Made by a program: the position numbers and the translations under genes. From Naegleria gruberi (taxonomy: Eukaryota): 64,000 nucleotides of DNA. The stretch lies in the NCBI GenBank assembly GCA_000004985.1, contig GG738846.1. The stretch is one strand, 5' to 3'. Under the pieces are notes generated by a model. The model saw nothing but the letters and a program-made list of their open reading frames with translations. It searched no databases and was not told the DNA's origin. Shown here piece after piece: positions 32,693-44,518 of this stretch (positions are counted from its first letter, which is position 1; every line of letters starts with the position of its first letter).

Positions 32693-32934
32693 TTTTTGAT
32701 CGTTGTTTTTGTGTGCTATCTTAGAGAGTTAATTAGAACCTCAACAACCACACAGTATTAAAATTTCTCTCACTCAAAATGTACCAAGTTTTGACGGTGT
32801 AACAATCCATCCTCGAGAAAATGTTTCAAAGTAACAACGTTTAAAAACAATACAAAATAAATTCAGAAAGGATTTAAGGATGTGAAAGAGGATAAATTTA
32901 TATGACCTCGGTTGGATATTTGAATAGTAATTAA

Positions 32935-33044
32935 AGGTTCTTAATTTAAAAAAAACAGACAAACAATGTTTCTTATTTGATACTATAGTAATGAACAAGT
33001 ATTCTTGTGTTGGGATTATTTATAATCTAATTTGTGGAAAAGGG
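32935..33044 (+). pseudogene. Relic copy of the lipid-kinase promoter-proximal region plus exon 1, with no splice donor and a stop after 24 codons
   Basis: About 110 bp are near-identical to 36822..36918 and 38953..39049 (...tcttatttgatactatagtaatgaacaagtattcttgtgttgggattatttataatc[t/c]aatttgtggaaaag) apart from a 12-bp indel. After ggaaaag the GT donor is replaced and the frame ends: MNKYSCVGIIYNLICGKGIQGMPC*. Confidence 0.5.
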
Positions 33045-35612
33045 ATTCAAGGAATGCCCTGTTGATTTTGGATAACGTTTTTAAGAATTTGTTATTATTG
33101 GATTTGCAAAATTATATTCTCCAAACAAGATTAATGAAAGTCCTAGCCTAGTTTAAAGATGGGAGGGTAAGAGGAATCTTGGTATTCATTTATTTAGACG
33201 ATTATTAAATCATTCAAAAGATCAGTTTATCTTGATTAGTTCTAAAGGATTTAGAAAAATTTGATTCCTCATTCAAAAAGACAAACGTTGCGAAAAAAAG
33301 AAACCTCTTCTCCACTCATGTGTAAAATAATATTCTCTCCCCACTCGTGGGAAATGTAATGTTTTTTAAAAGAAAACCAATAATAAACCAATAAATAAAG
33401 CCCATTCTACAACTTCTACCTATTAGGTAGTATGTAACTTGGTTGCTGCTTTATTCAACAACAACAAACCTCAAAAAACCAAATCCACTACCAAAACAAA
33501 AACACTTCCAAATATTTCCACTACAACAATAAAACACCTTACCTTCTCTTCATGAATGCCTATAGCTATTTCCATCAAGAAATTACTTAAGGATATGTTT
33601 ATTAGTAGAGATGGTAATTAGTTGTACACTTTTGTAAATAGAAAGGAAGTTTAATGAACAACAATACAATAGTTTTAAATCACCTCATCCTAACAAGAAT
33701 ATAATGAGAAAAGTGAAAAAAACTTACCCAGCAACGATAATTCCATAGCCTTAACAAGAGAAGGGATTGGAATAAGAAGAATTATAATAAAAATAGTACC
33801 GTGGATCTTAGAAATCACAATTTGAAGAATCAGTAAAGCCCAATATTTCGTAATTTTCTAACCAACACCCCTAAATTTCTACCTCTCCTCCCCACTTGTA
33901 CTCTTTTTGCATACCTAGGAGTTTTGTTAGACGTTTATTAAAGTTTAGTAAAAATTTTAGAAGACAAAAAGATTACAGCTTTAAATTAAAGGTTTATCAA
34001 CAAAATAAAGTGTCGTTTCTGAAATACTAAATTTATTCTTCTCACACGCGTGTAGATTAATTCGCAAGAATAATAATAATAAATAATGATTGAGGATATC
34101 AACTTTTGTATAATATATAAACTCTAATACTTCTAATGGTTGCAACTAGCCTAAAAAACCATCTACTCAATTCAAAAAACTTTAAAAAACCATAAAAACA
34201 AATCTGAAATATCTGTAGTGCTTTAAATTTAAAATAAACACACAAATCATATAAAAAATTGTTAAAATTTTCATATATTTGATTAAGAAACCAGGTTAAT
34301 AATGATCCTATCTTGTTCCTGATAATGATATCCACTTAATATCTACCAAGCAATACTACAAAAGCTATTGCTTTACATAATTGGCTATCCAAATGGAAAT
34401 GTCATTTGACCAAATTATCTGTCACCTAATTGGATATGATTAAATGAAATCCAATAAAATAATAAATTATTAAAAAATTATTGACTTACTAGCCTACATA
34501 AGCTTAACGCTTACTGCGAATAAATAAGTATGTTAATATATTTCTAGAGAATGAAAATTCATTCCAATTTCCAACTCTCAGTACATTGAAGGGCTGGTAA
34601 AATTGTTTCAAATAACTTTAAGCATCATTGGATACTTTGAATCTAGCATCATCAGAACTTGTAAAAGAGTTTCATTTGAGTTTTTCAATCACGAAATCTT
34701 TCGAAAGCTCTGGTCTTTTGAACTCCTCAACTTTTCTTGGCTTGATGATTGTAAGGTTCAAGTTTTTTCTCTTTCTGGGTGGAGTGATGTTTTTCTGGAT
34801 TTTTTCTTGTTTCACACTTTTTTTCTTGTTCCTGTTTAATTCTTAATTCAGAATATGGTGTTTCATTAAGATTTTCTTCTACTTCCTCAACATCTTCCGT
34901 TCCATCAACAATAGAATCAGCAAGATTAGGGAATGTTTTAACTTCAGCAAATGCAGTAAAGAAAAAGTTGACATCAGGAAAAAGAAAGCTTCAATAAATG
35001 TGCAGGAAAGGTTTAAACATTTCTTGAATTATGCTCAAACAAATTTCAAAAATTGCTCAAACATTTTTCAAACCACTTTTTTAAAAAGGCGCCTTTTTAT
35101 TTCTTTTTGACTTTTCCGAAAATCTAATCTTCTTAATTAGGTTGAAGATTTTTAAAAATTAATGGTCTTTTTTATTTTATATTACTTTAAACCTAGAAAC
35201 TCTATTAAACGCTATGAGGAATGGATTTGTTTTCGATTGTAACTTACAAAATAAAGTGAATATTTTCGCTTATTAAGTATATCAGAACCACCTTGATTCC
35301 GAGTTGTTAAAAATTTTCGATGCTCAAAAAATTATTAGAAATGTCTGGCAATAACAAAAAAAGAAATCCACAAAAGAAACAACACTCTCCAAGTTCAAGA
35401 CTTGCTCAATAAAGATTTACATCCTTCAAACACCATACTAAACCAAACGGTACTAAGATCCACCATTGATTGATACTGGTGATGTTAAAGACTGTATTTA
35501 CCTCAACCATTACCATAATCACTACCTTCAAAATCAGCAATAATTGAGAATACTACAAACAAATTATCATCCTCGAATGTTGCTTTATCCAGGATCATCA
35601 ATCACCTAATAA

Positions 35613-35940
35613 ATCAAAGAACCCCAAGATATTGTCAATAGCGTACACCAAGAAAAGGTTATGCCGACAATAGCGTAACCTTTTCTTAGTGACGAATCAA
35701 AGAACCCCAAGACATTGTGGCAAAGATCTGAAACACTGTTGTGTGATATCTTTGAAAAACCATCCGCTCTTAGTTGGTGCTTACTTCATTTTTAGAATTT
35801 TTGTAAATTCTCCTTGTCGAATAGATAAACGAAAGTCAAATGAAACGAAAGATATTTAATCAGAGGATTTCCTCTTACTACGATGATCATAGAACCGGCA
35901 GCTAACAGTCAATGGCATAACCTTTTCTTAGTACGTTATC
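35613..35940. repeat. Palindrome/direct-repeat cluster (16-bp inverted-repeat hairpin plus twice-repeated 27-bp unit) with copy-A-specific 200-bp insertion; homolog in copy B at 37938..38075
   Basis: Copy B holds a perfect inverted repeat ctaagaaaaggttatg-N10-cataaccttttcttag (37983..38024) flanked by two copies of atcaaagaaccccaagatattgtcaat and a third copy of the right arm. In copy A the second unit is split at attgt|caat by 35719..35918. Confidence 0.5.
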
Positions 35941-36127
35941 ACTTTATCAAGACGTTTTGTTCGTTTAATGGAAACATGTTTTTCTTTTCCCCGGTCAACA
36001 ATTTTGATCCAAATATTCCCTTCCTAATACTTATTTCCTTTGGATCATAAAAATTTTCTGTATAATAAGTTTTCTCCTTTTCATCAAACATTGGTTTCAG
36101 TGATCGTTCAAACTCATCCAATGACAT
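35939..36127 (-). CDS. Small 62-aa ORF inside the repeat unit; intact in copy A, frameshifted in copy B. Doubtful gene
   Basis: MSLDEFERSLKPMFDEKEKTYYTENFYDPKEISIRKGIFGSKLLTGEKKNMFPLNEQNVLIK. The copy B homolog (~38090..38280) terminates early after ...TENFYEIKGNKY*. Confidence 0.15.
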   Translation of the reverse strand: MSLDEFERSLKPMFDEKEKTYYTENFYDPKEISIRKGIFGSKLLTGEKKNMFPLNEQNVLIK

Positions 36128-36866
36128 AACAAAATGTATTTCGAAGTTGTCTTAGATGTAATGTCAATCTTGTTGCGTAGGTTCGAAATATTGTTGGCAC
36201 ACAAAAGAACAATCATCAAACAAAGGTTCGTTGATGTGGAGTTTTATAATTTTAGTAGTAATTTTTTTTTGATCAATATCAAAATTGGGATTCTCTTAAT
36301 ATGCAATACCTTAAAACTCGTCTTACAATCCTAAAACTAAATACTTTATAGTGAGTGGTAATATAATTTCTCCTCTATTCAAATGTATCAAACAAAAAAC
36401 TGCTCTGAATAAATCTTAATACCTAAAAACAGCAATAACAAGGCTACAAACTACCTAAGAATAGGTAGATGTTATAGTGTGAGGAATTCCATAACTCAGA
36501 AAGCGAGAATATTAATATCCAATATCTATCCCAAACCGCTTTTTTAGGATATGGCTTTTTAAAAAGGGCAATCTGGTTGAATTTTTACTTATTTATGGCT
36601 ATGGAATTTTATAAAATATATTGTTTCTAGGGATGTAGTGACATGTGTCCTCCTACCAATAATCCAATAACAATATCAACCACTATTAAGGATTTTTGGA
36701 ACAATTTTACGTATTGTGGTAAATTTCTAGATTTGTAAATTAAAAGAAATATCTAGAAATTTATTTGACCTCAGTAATTACATTTATATGTTATGCAATG
36801 GTAATTAATTTAAAAAAAAAAGACAAACAATTCTGCAAACATTGTTTCTTATTTGATACTATAGTA

Positions 36867-37534
36867 ATGAACAAGTATTCTTGTGTTGGGATTATTTATA
36901 ATCCAATTTGTGGAAAAGGTACCTATTTTATTAGTTGATCATCACGATCCATTATTACTTTATAAAAACAATTTCAATTAAACCTTAAATTGTATAATAA
37001 TTGATTTAAAGGAAAGGCAGAAGATGTTTTCCAACGAATAATATTTCCCAAATTGCATGATCATTTCACAACTAAAAATCAAATTCCGATGCAGTACATG
37101 AAAACCCAATGCAGAGATGATGGCGTGAGATGTGCATTTGAATTGGTGACCAAATATCAATGTGATTTACTTTTTGGAATTGGAGGTGATGGCAGTCTGG
37201 GAAGTGTACTAAACGGATTGATTTTAGGTTGTCTACATTTGAATCCAAATGTTCTCAACTCAGAGGAATCATCAAGGCAACTCCCAGTCCATTTAGGAGT
37301 AATACCCAGTGGTACAGGAAATGATTTTGTTAGAACTCTATTGGAAACATCTGGAGATTACTATTTGGACATAGTTGATGGTTTTGAAAATGGATATTTT
37401 GAGGATAGTGTCAGTAAAATTGTGGACATGATCATTTCTGATAGCAAGACGATACCTATTGATGTTGGAAGAATGGATTATACTCCATCATCAATTGATG
37501 AGGAATTTTCTAATGGGAATGATACGACTGGAGG
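36867..37534 (+). CDS. Sphingosine/ceramide-kinase-like lipid kinase (DAGK catalytic domain), copy A, truncated by gap: join(36867..36918,37012..37534)
   Basis: Exon 1 MNKYSCVGIIYNPICGK ends in a GTACCT donor. After a 93-nt intron, exon 2 reads GKAEDVFQRIIFPKLHDHF...LLFGIGGDGSLGSVLNGL...VIPSGTGNDFVRTL. The sequence stops at the N-run. Confidence 0.6.
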
Positions 37535-37584
37535 NNNNNNNNNNNNNNNNNNNNNNNNNNNNNNNNNNNNNNNNNNNNNNNNNN
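37535..37584. other. Assembly gap (50 N) between the tandem repeat copies
   Basis: A run of exactly 50 N. Confidence 0.95.
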
Positions 37585-39664
37585 AATAGAGTGAATATTT
37601 TCGCTTATTAAGTATATCAGAACCACCTTGATTCCGAGTTGTTAAAAATTTTCGATGCTCAAAAAATTATTAGAAATGTCTGGCAATAACAAAAAAAGAA
37701 ATCCACAAAAGAAACAACACTCTCCAAGTTCAAGACTTGCTCAATAAAGATTTACATCCTTCAAACACCATACTAAACCAAACGGTACTAAGATCCACCA
37801 TTGATTGATACTGGTGATGTTAAAGACTGTATTTACCTCAACCATTACCATAATCACTACCTTCAAAATCAGCAATAATTGAGAATACTACAAACAAATT
37901 ATCATCCTCGAATGTTGCTTTATCCAGGATCATCAATCACCTAATAAATCAAAGAACCCCAAGATATTGTCAATAGCGTACACTAAGAAAAGGTTATGCC
38001 GACAATAGCATAACCTTTTCTTAGTGACGAATCAAAGAACCCCAAGATATTGTCAATGGCATAACCTTTTCTTAGTACGTTATCACTTTATCAAGACGTT
38101 TTGTTCGTTTAATGGAAACATGTTTTTCTTTTCCCCGGTCTACAATTTTGATCCAAATATTCCCTTCCTAATACTTATTTCCTTTGATTTCATAAAAATT
38201 TTCAGTATAATAAGTTTTCTCCTTTTCATCAAACACTGGTTTCAATGATCGTTCAAACTCATCCAATGACATAACAAAATGTATTTCGAAGTTGTCTTAA
38301 ATGTAATGTCAATCTTGTTGCGTAGGTTCGAAATATTGTTGGCACACAAAAGAACAATCATCAAACAAAGGTTCGTTGATGTGGAGTTTTATAATTTTAG
38401 TAGTAATTTTTTTTGATCAATATCAAAATTGGGATTCTCTTAATATGCAATACCTTAAAACTCGTCTTACAATCCTAAAACTAAATACTTTATAGTGAGT
38501 GGTAATATAATTTCTCCTCTATTCAAATGTATCAAACAAAAAACTGCTCTGAATAAATCTTAATACCTAAAAACAGCAATAACAAGGCTACAAACTACCT
38601 AAGAATAGGTAGATGTTATAGTGTGAGGAATTCCATAACTCAGAAAGCGAGAATATTAATATCCAATATCTATCCCAAACCGCTTTTTTAGGATATGGCT
38701 TTTTAAAAAGGGCAATCTGGTTGAATTTTTACTTATTTATGGCTATGGAATTTTATAAAATATATTGTTTCTAGGGATGTAGTGACATGTGTCCAATAAC
38801 AATACATCAACCACTATTAAGGATTTTTGGAACAATTTTACGTATTGTGGTAAATTTCTAGATTTGTAAATTAAAAGAAATATCCAGAAATTTATTTGAC
38901 CTCAGTAATTACATTTATATGTTATGCAATGGTAATTAATTTAAAAAAAAAAGACAAGCAATTCTGCAAACATTGTTTCTTATTTGATACTATAGTAATG
39001 AACAAGTATTCTTGTGTTGGGATTATTTATAATCCAATTTGTGGAAAAGGTACCTATTTTATTAGTTGATCATCACGATCCATTATTACTTTATAAAAAC
39101 AATTTCAATTAAACCTTAAATTGTGTAATAATTGATTTAAAGGAAAGGCAGAAGATGTTTTCCAACGAATAATATTTCCCAAATTGCATGATCATTTCAC
39201 AACTAAAAATCAAATTCCGATGCAGTGCATGAAAACCCAATGCAGAGATGATGGCGTGAGATGTGCATTTGAATTGGTGACCAAATATCAATGTGATTTA
39301 CTTTTTGGAATTGGAGGTGATGGCAGTCTGGGAAGTGTACTAAACGGATTGATTTTAGGTTGTCTACATTTGAATCCAAATGTTCTCAACTCAGAGGAAT
39401 CATCAAGGCAACTCCCAGTCCATTTAGGAGTAATACCCAGTGGTACAGGAAATGATTTTGTTAGAACTCTATTGGAAACATCTGGAGATTACTATTTGGA
39501 CATAGTTGATGGTTTTGAAAATGGATATTTTGAGGATAGTGTCAGTAAAATTGTGGACATGATCATTTCTGATAGCAAGACGATACCTATTGATGTTGGA
39601 AGAATGGATTATACTCCATCATCAATTGATGAGGAATTTTCTAATGGGAATGATACGACTGGAG
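37585..39664 (+). repeat. Tandem duplication copy B, continuous with the complete lipid-kinase gene
   Basis: Homology to copy A starts immediately after the gap (aatagagtgaatattttcgc...) and ends at ...gatacgactggag. Confidence 0.8.
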
Positions 39665-40239
39665 TGAAACTGAAAGATTGTAATGAGATGATGAAAAGCC
39701 GATTCTTCCTTAATGCATCAACGATTGGTATTGGTCCAGAGATTTTAAAGAGTGTCAATGATCCAAATTCTTTCCTTCCTAAGAGTTTACAATATTATAT
39801 TCAACCAATATTGAAAGAGTTCACATATAAAAATCCACTACTTGAATTGGATATTACAAGCGAAAAGAAGATTTGCAAAAAGATGCAACTAGTCATTGTT
39901 TCCAATGGGAGGTATGTCAATAACGGATTCAAAATGAATCCATTTGCAAGTTTAACCAATAACCAACTTGATTTGTGCATTGTTGAGGATGTTGGTGTAT
40001 TTGATTTACATCTTTTCTATTACCTCAAATATGGAACTCATTTGAATTATCCTAAAGTCATTATGGAAAGCACAAAAAGTCTCACTGTTGATACTAAAGA
40101 ATGTGTATTCGTTGAATGTGATGGTGATGTTATTGGGATGTTACCAGTGATGTACAAAGTAATGCCATCAGTGGTGAATGTTCTGGTTCCAAAAAGTTTC
40201 ACCCCAACAGCTGCAAATAATAAATTAAATATTAATTAA
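38998..40239 (+). CDS. Sphingosine/ceramide-kinase-like lipid kinase (DAGK catalytic domain), copy B, complete: join(38998..39049,39143..40239)
   Basis: Same exon 1 and intron as copy A. The GGDGS and SGTGND motifs are present, and the C-terminal half (LVIVSNGRYVNNGFKMNP...ECDGDVIG) fits the DAGK_cat/SphK fold. Confidence 0.7.
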
Positions 40240-40412
40240 TTAAAACAACACTCGGTGCTTTAATGATCTTCAACCGATGAGCGTTAAATTCTGGCGTGTA
40301 TTCTTCGGTAAAAGTTTTTATTGTAAAATATCCCATTTGTTAGGGTGAGCAAAATTGAAAAAATTCTTGTTGAAAAAAAAAGACAGTCACTCTATCTTCC
40401 ACTCCACTCACT

Positions 40413-41456
40413 ATGTCTACCTCTTTCATTTATAAGGGTCAATTGACCGGTCACAACGGTATGTTGATAACACAATTTTAATACTGATGAACATTATATA
40501 TTTGCTTCCATACATTTAATACAAATTATTAATATGTATAATTATTATTAATATAATATTTTTCTAAAGGTTGGGTCACTTGTTTGTCCACCTCTGCTGC
40601 CAATCCAAACATCTTGGTTTCTGGTTCCCGTGATAAGTCTATTGTTGTCTGGGAATTGACTAAGGAACAAGGTGCTTATGGTGTTCCAAAGAGATCCCTC
40701 ACTGGTCACGCTCACTATGTCTCTGACATCTGTATGACCGCTGATGCTCAATATGTCTTGTCTGGTTCTTGGGATAAGACTCTCAGATTGTGGAATTTGA
40801 GCAATGGTAACTGTGAAAGAAACTTCTTGGGTCACACCAACGATATCTTGTCTGTTTCCTTCTCTCACGATGACAGACAAATCGTCTCTGGTTCCCGTGA
40901 TAAGACCATCAAGTTGTGGAACACTTTGGGTGAATGCAAGTACAACATTACCGATAAGGGTCACAAGGAATGGGTCAGTTGTGTTAGATTCGTTGCCAAC
41001 AAGGAAAAGCCATTGATCATTTCTGCTGGTTGGGACAAGATTGTCAAGTTGTGGGATTTGTCCACTTGTACCTTGAACACCAATTTGGTTGGTCACACTG
41101 GTTACATTAACTCTGTCTGTGTTTCTCCTGATGCTTCCTTGTGTGCTTCTGGTGGTAAGGACGGTGTTGCCGTTTTGTGGGATTTGACTAAGGGTGAACA
41201 CTTGTATCACTTGCCTTTGGATGGTAACGATGTTATCAATGCTTTGGCTTTCTCCCCAACTAAGTACTGGTTGTGTGCTGCTACTGATAATTGTATCAAG
41301 ATCTGGGACCTCCAATCCAAGACTGTCCTCGCTGAATTGGTTCCTGAATCAAAGGGTAACAAGAAGCCAGCTTGTATTTCTCTTGCCTGGTCTGCTGATG
41401 GTACTACTTTGTTCTCTGGTTACACTGATAACACCATCCGTGTCTGGGGTTGTTAA
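40413..41456 (+). CDS. RACK1: RACK1 (G-beta-like WD40 protein); 2 exons: join(40413..40458,40570..41456)
   Basis: [15 protein letters not shown](G)|[29 protein letters not shown]... is collinear with RACK1 along seven WD repeats. The intron is GTATGT...CTAAAG (111 nt). Codons are strongly biased. Confidence 0.9.
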
Positions 41457-41629
41457 ATTGTCTCCTTATTAGCTAATAAAATATTAAATTCCTAAAACAC
41501 ACTCGTAATTTTAATATTGGTGGTTTTCGTTTAAATTTACCCTTAATTGTTTATTGAAAATTTTAAAAAGAACAGTCATTCAAATCAATCTACAAGCGTC
41601 ACAACAAGAGATATTAAAAACAATTTAAA

Positions 41630-43674
41630 ATGTCATCAACACTATCACCAGCAACATCAAATCGTATGGAAAGGGATGCCATGGCTAGTGCTCAAGCCAA
41701 ACAAAAGATGGTTTCGTTTCATAAGAATTTATTGAGCCCTACAACAATTTCGCAAGACGAAAGTAAGAGAAGAAAATCCTCACCTCCACCCATACTTAAA
41801 AAAGAACCGAATCAAGAATTACCCAGAAAGAGAATACTCTCAATCGCAAGCGGTACGGATGAATTACATAAGCAGTCGGCAAGTGGTCTCATTTCCAATC
41901 TAGTCTCACAATTAGAAAAACAGGGAAAAACAACTGAGCAAAGTGTTGTTGTAAACAACAATTCAAAACCAATTTCAAAAAAGCTAAATGAAATGAGTAA
42001 TGAAAATTCATCATGTTCAATTAATGGTGTGATGCAACTTGTTTCTGATATTGTAAAATTATGTGAATTTTTAAAAGATTCAAAATTGAAAAAAAATGGA
42101 CAATTAATTTATGACAGATTATCTCATATTAAGGTAAGTTTTGTTTTTTTACATTACGGACTCTAAAATTAAAATTACAGGATGAAATTACAAATTGGGA
42201 TAAGAAAATTGATGAAAATGATGAAAAAATTTCCAAGGCTATTCATTTATTGAAATCTCAACTTGGTGATGTCTATCAATTATTGTTGAAAATACAAAAG
42301 AGTAATTGGTTTGTAGATTTGAGATTTGCAAAAAAGGCCAAAAAATTAACAAATGAATTAGATAATGTGACAACGTTATTGGGTTTAAGTATTTCCTATC
42401 TTAAATCTTCAAAGGAAACTATTGATATTAATGTTTATGAGGTTGACCATAGAAATAACTTGGCATTGGAAGGTGACAAGTATTATTTAGGACATGGAGT
42501 GAGTCAAAATTATGAAACAGCTTTCAACTTCTATTTACAAGCAGCCAATCTAGACGAACCAAGATGTCAATACATTATTGGGACTATGCACATTGAAGGA
42601 AAGGGAATTGAGCAGAATGGAAGAAAAGGAGTCAAATGGATTCTCAAATCTTCAATGCAAAATTACGCAGATGCTCTTAATCAGATGGGTATTTACTATG
42701 AGAAGGGATTCATTGTTGAAGTTAATTATCCACTTGCAGCAAAATTCTATTGTAAAGCTAGTCAATTGTCACATTTGGATGGTATGACAAATTATGCCGC
42801 TTTCCTTAGACAAGGAAAAGGAACTGAGAAGAATATTCAAAAAGCACTATCACTTCTCATAAAGGCTTGTGAGAAGAATTACGATAAGGCTCAAAATGAA
42901 TTGGGATTCATGTACTATAAGGGATTAGGAGTTGATCAAAATACAAAGCAAGCAGTTGAATTATTTACAATGGCAGCAGATAGGGGGAATGCGGTAGCTC
43001 TGAATAATCTTGGAATATCCTATGAGGATGGCATGGGTGTGGTTAGAGATTATGCCAAGGCAACTGTGTGTTATGAACAATCTGTAGAGCTTGGTAATGT
43101 AAATGCACTCAACAATTTAGGATATATTAAATTGTTACAACATGATTATGAGAGTGCATTGGATTTGTTTCATAAGGCAGCTGATAGATGTAGTGCAGAT
43201 GCCATGTATAATCTTTCAAATGTTTACAGAAAGGGATTAGGGGTGAGTGCAGACATTTCAATCTCAATCAAATATTTACACAAAGCTGCTGCTAATGGTC
43301 ATGTCAAATCTCAAAAAATGTTGGGAGATTTGTTCTATTCTGGTTTGGAAAATGTTGTCGAGAAGGATAAGAAACAAGCAGCAAGCTTCTACTATAAGGC
43401 TGGTGTTAATGGTGATGCAGAGAGTTGTAACTCTCTTGGATGCATGTATGAGGATGGATGTGAAGATGTTTTAGAGAGAAATGAAGAAACAGCTTTTAAA
43501 TGGTTCAGAAAAGCCTCTGATTTGGGCTCAGAGAATGGAATGGTCAACCTGGCGAGCATTTACGAGAGGAGAAACCAAACAGATCAAGCTGTCAAGCTTC
43601 TCAAAAGAGCTTCATCACTGGGTAATCAAAAAGCACTTGAAAAATTAGAATCCTTCTCCAAGTTCAATATGTAA
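41630..43674 (+). CDS. Sel1-like repeat (SLR/TPR-like) protein, ~665 aa; 2 exons: join(41630..42133,42181..43674)
   Basis: Exon 1 ends ...SHIK at a GTAAGT donor, followed by a 47-nt intron ending TTACAG. Exon 2 has at least 8 Sel1-type repeats (YYLGHGVSQNYETAFNFYLQAA..., GIYYEKGFIVEVNYPLAAKFYCKAS..., FMYYKGLGVDQNTKQAVELFTMAAD...). Confidence 0.65.
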
Positions 43675-43839
43675 TTTTTCTAAAATATTTCCAAAGTTGT
43701 AAAATATAATAATTGTGTATTTAAATTATATCCAAAATATTGTCGTCATTTTTAAATATCGTTTCCATATGAAGCAGTTCTTCTTTTTAATGAACATCCA
43801 CAACATTATTCCATACTATTAACAGTGAATAAATCAAAA

Positions 43840-44304
43840 TTATTTTTCTTTTGGAAGTTCTCCTTCTTTGATCTTGTCAATAAATTGATTCATCTTGGTT
43901 GGGGTTGGCAATAATCCAGGATGGTGTTGGAAATACTTTTCCTTAAATTCTTTGACCTTTATATCTCTTTGATACTGTGTATTATAAGTAATAGATGATG
44001 GATTTGGTTAGATTAATGAAAATTTTAATATGATGATAATAGTAATTTATTAGTAAATAATTTCAAATTATATGTTATTTCTCTAATCAAGTAAAATCAT
44101 AATACGTACCGAAACGGTTTCCAAATATTCATAGTCCTCTCTTGAAATGTTATTGAAAATATAAATTGCGGAGAACATAATACCAGCCAAAGCAAAACCC
44201 ATAACACCAGTCTTGGCAATAATTCTCGGAATAAACTTCTTCTCCAATTGTTTGAACATTTCAGGAGTAATCTCTGGTGGTGTTTGTTGTTGGTGTGGAT
44301 TCAT
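43840..44304 (-). CDS. Small single-pass membrane protein (~110 aa), possibly a COX16-like mitochondrial assembly factor; complement(join(43840..43974,44110..44304))
   Basis: Exon 1 MNPHQQQ...KTGVMGFALAGIMFSAIYIF...EYLETVS ends at a GTACGT donor. A 135-nt intron with a CACAG acceptor is followed by exon 2 YQRDIKVKEFKEKYFQHHPG...ELPKEK*. The functional guess is weak. Confidence 0.45.
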
Positions 44305-44518
44305 TTTTATTATTATTTGTAAATTCAATTAATTATATAAATATTATTATAAATATTATTTAATCAACAACAGTTTCATGCGTTTTAACATCAAAAACTG
44401 CTAACATTTGTAATAATACACTTCAATTACAAACCCGTTACATTTTCATTAGATTTAATTCTTCTAATCTCATCCCATTCTTTCTTCATCACATAAAAAT
44501 TTGAATATTGAAAAAAAA

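Larger units (their letters stand above)
35253..37534 (+). repeat. Tandem duplication copy A (~2.3 kb): lipid-kinase upstream region plus 5' part of the gene; ends at the assembly gap
   Basis: Copy A aligns with 37585..39664 at high identity, with scattered substitutions and small indels plus one 200-bp indel at 35719..35918. Confidence 0.8.

Noticed and set aside
34603-34846. Two overlapping 72–78 aa plus-strand ORFs in the gene-free block
   Set aside because: The peptides are hydrophobic and F/L-rich with no start context or domain, which is typical of random ORFs in AT-rich non-coding DNA.
36170-36200. ggttcgaaat motif that looked like a tRNA T-arm
   Set aside because: No acceptor stem, anticodon arm or 3' context forms a cloverleaf. 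The motif is part of the duplicated spacer (present in both copies) and is probably coincidental.
37535-37584. Run of 50 N
   Set aside because: This is a scaffolding gap placeholder, not biological sequence. It is nonetheless informative as evidence of an unresolved repeat junction.
35613-38075. Reiterated 27-mer atcaaagaaccccaagatattgtcaat considered as a CRISPR-like array
   Set aside because: The context is eukaryotic and there are only two units per copy, with irregular spacing and an associated palindrome. This is a repeat or foldback structure, not a CRISPR array.
40548-41315. 255-aa minus-strand ORF fully antisense to RACK1
   Set aside because: It is an artifact of strong codon bias in RACK1, where GC-ending codons remove antisense stops. 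The translation is low-complexity (T/S/V/G-rich) with no start context. The RACK1 sense strand is unambiguous.
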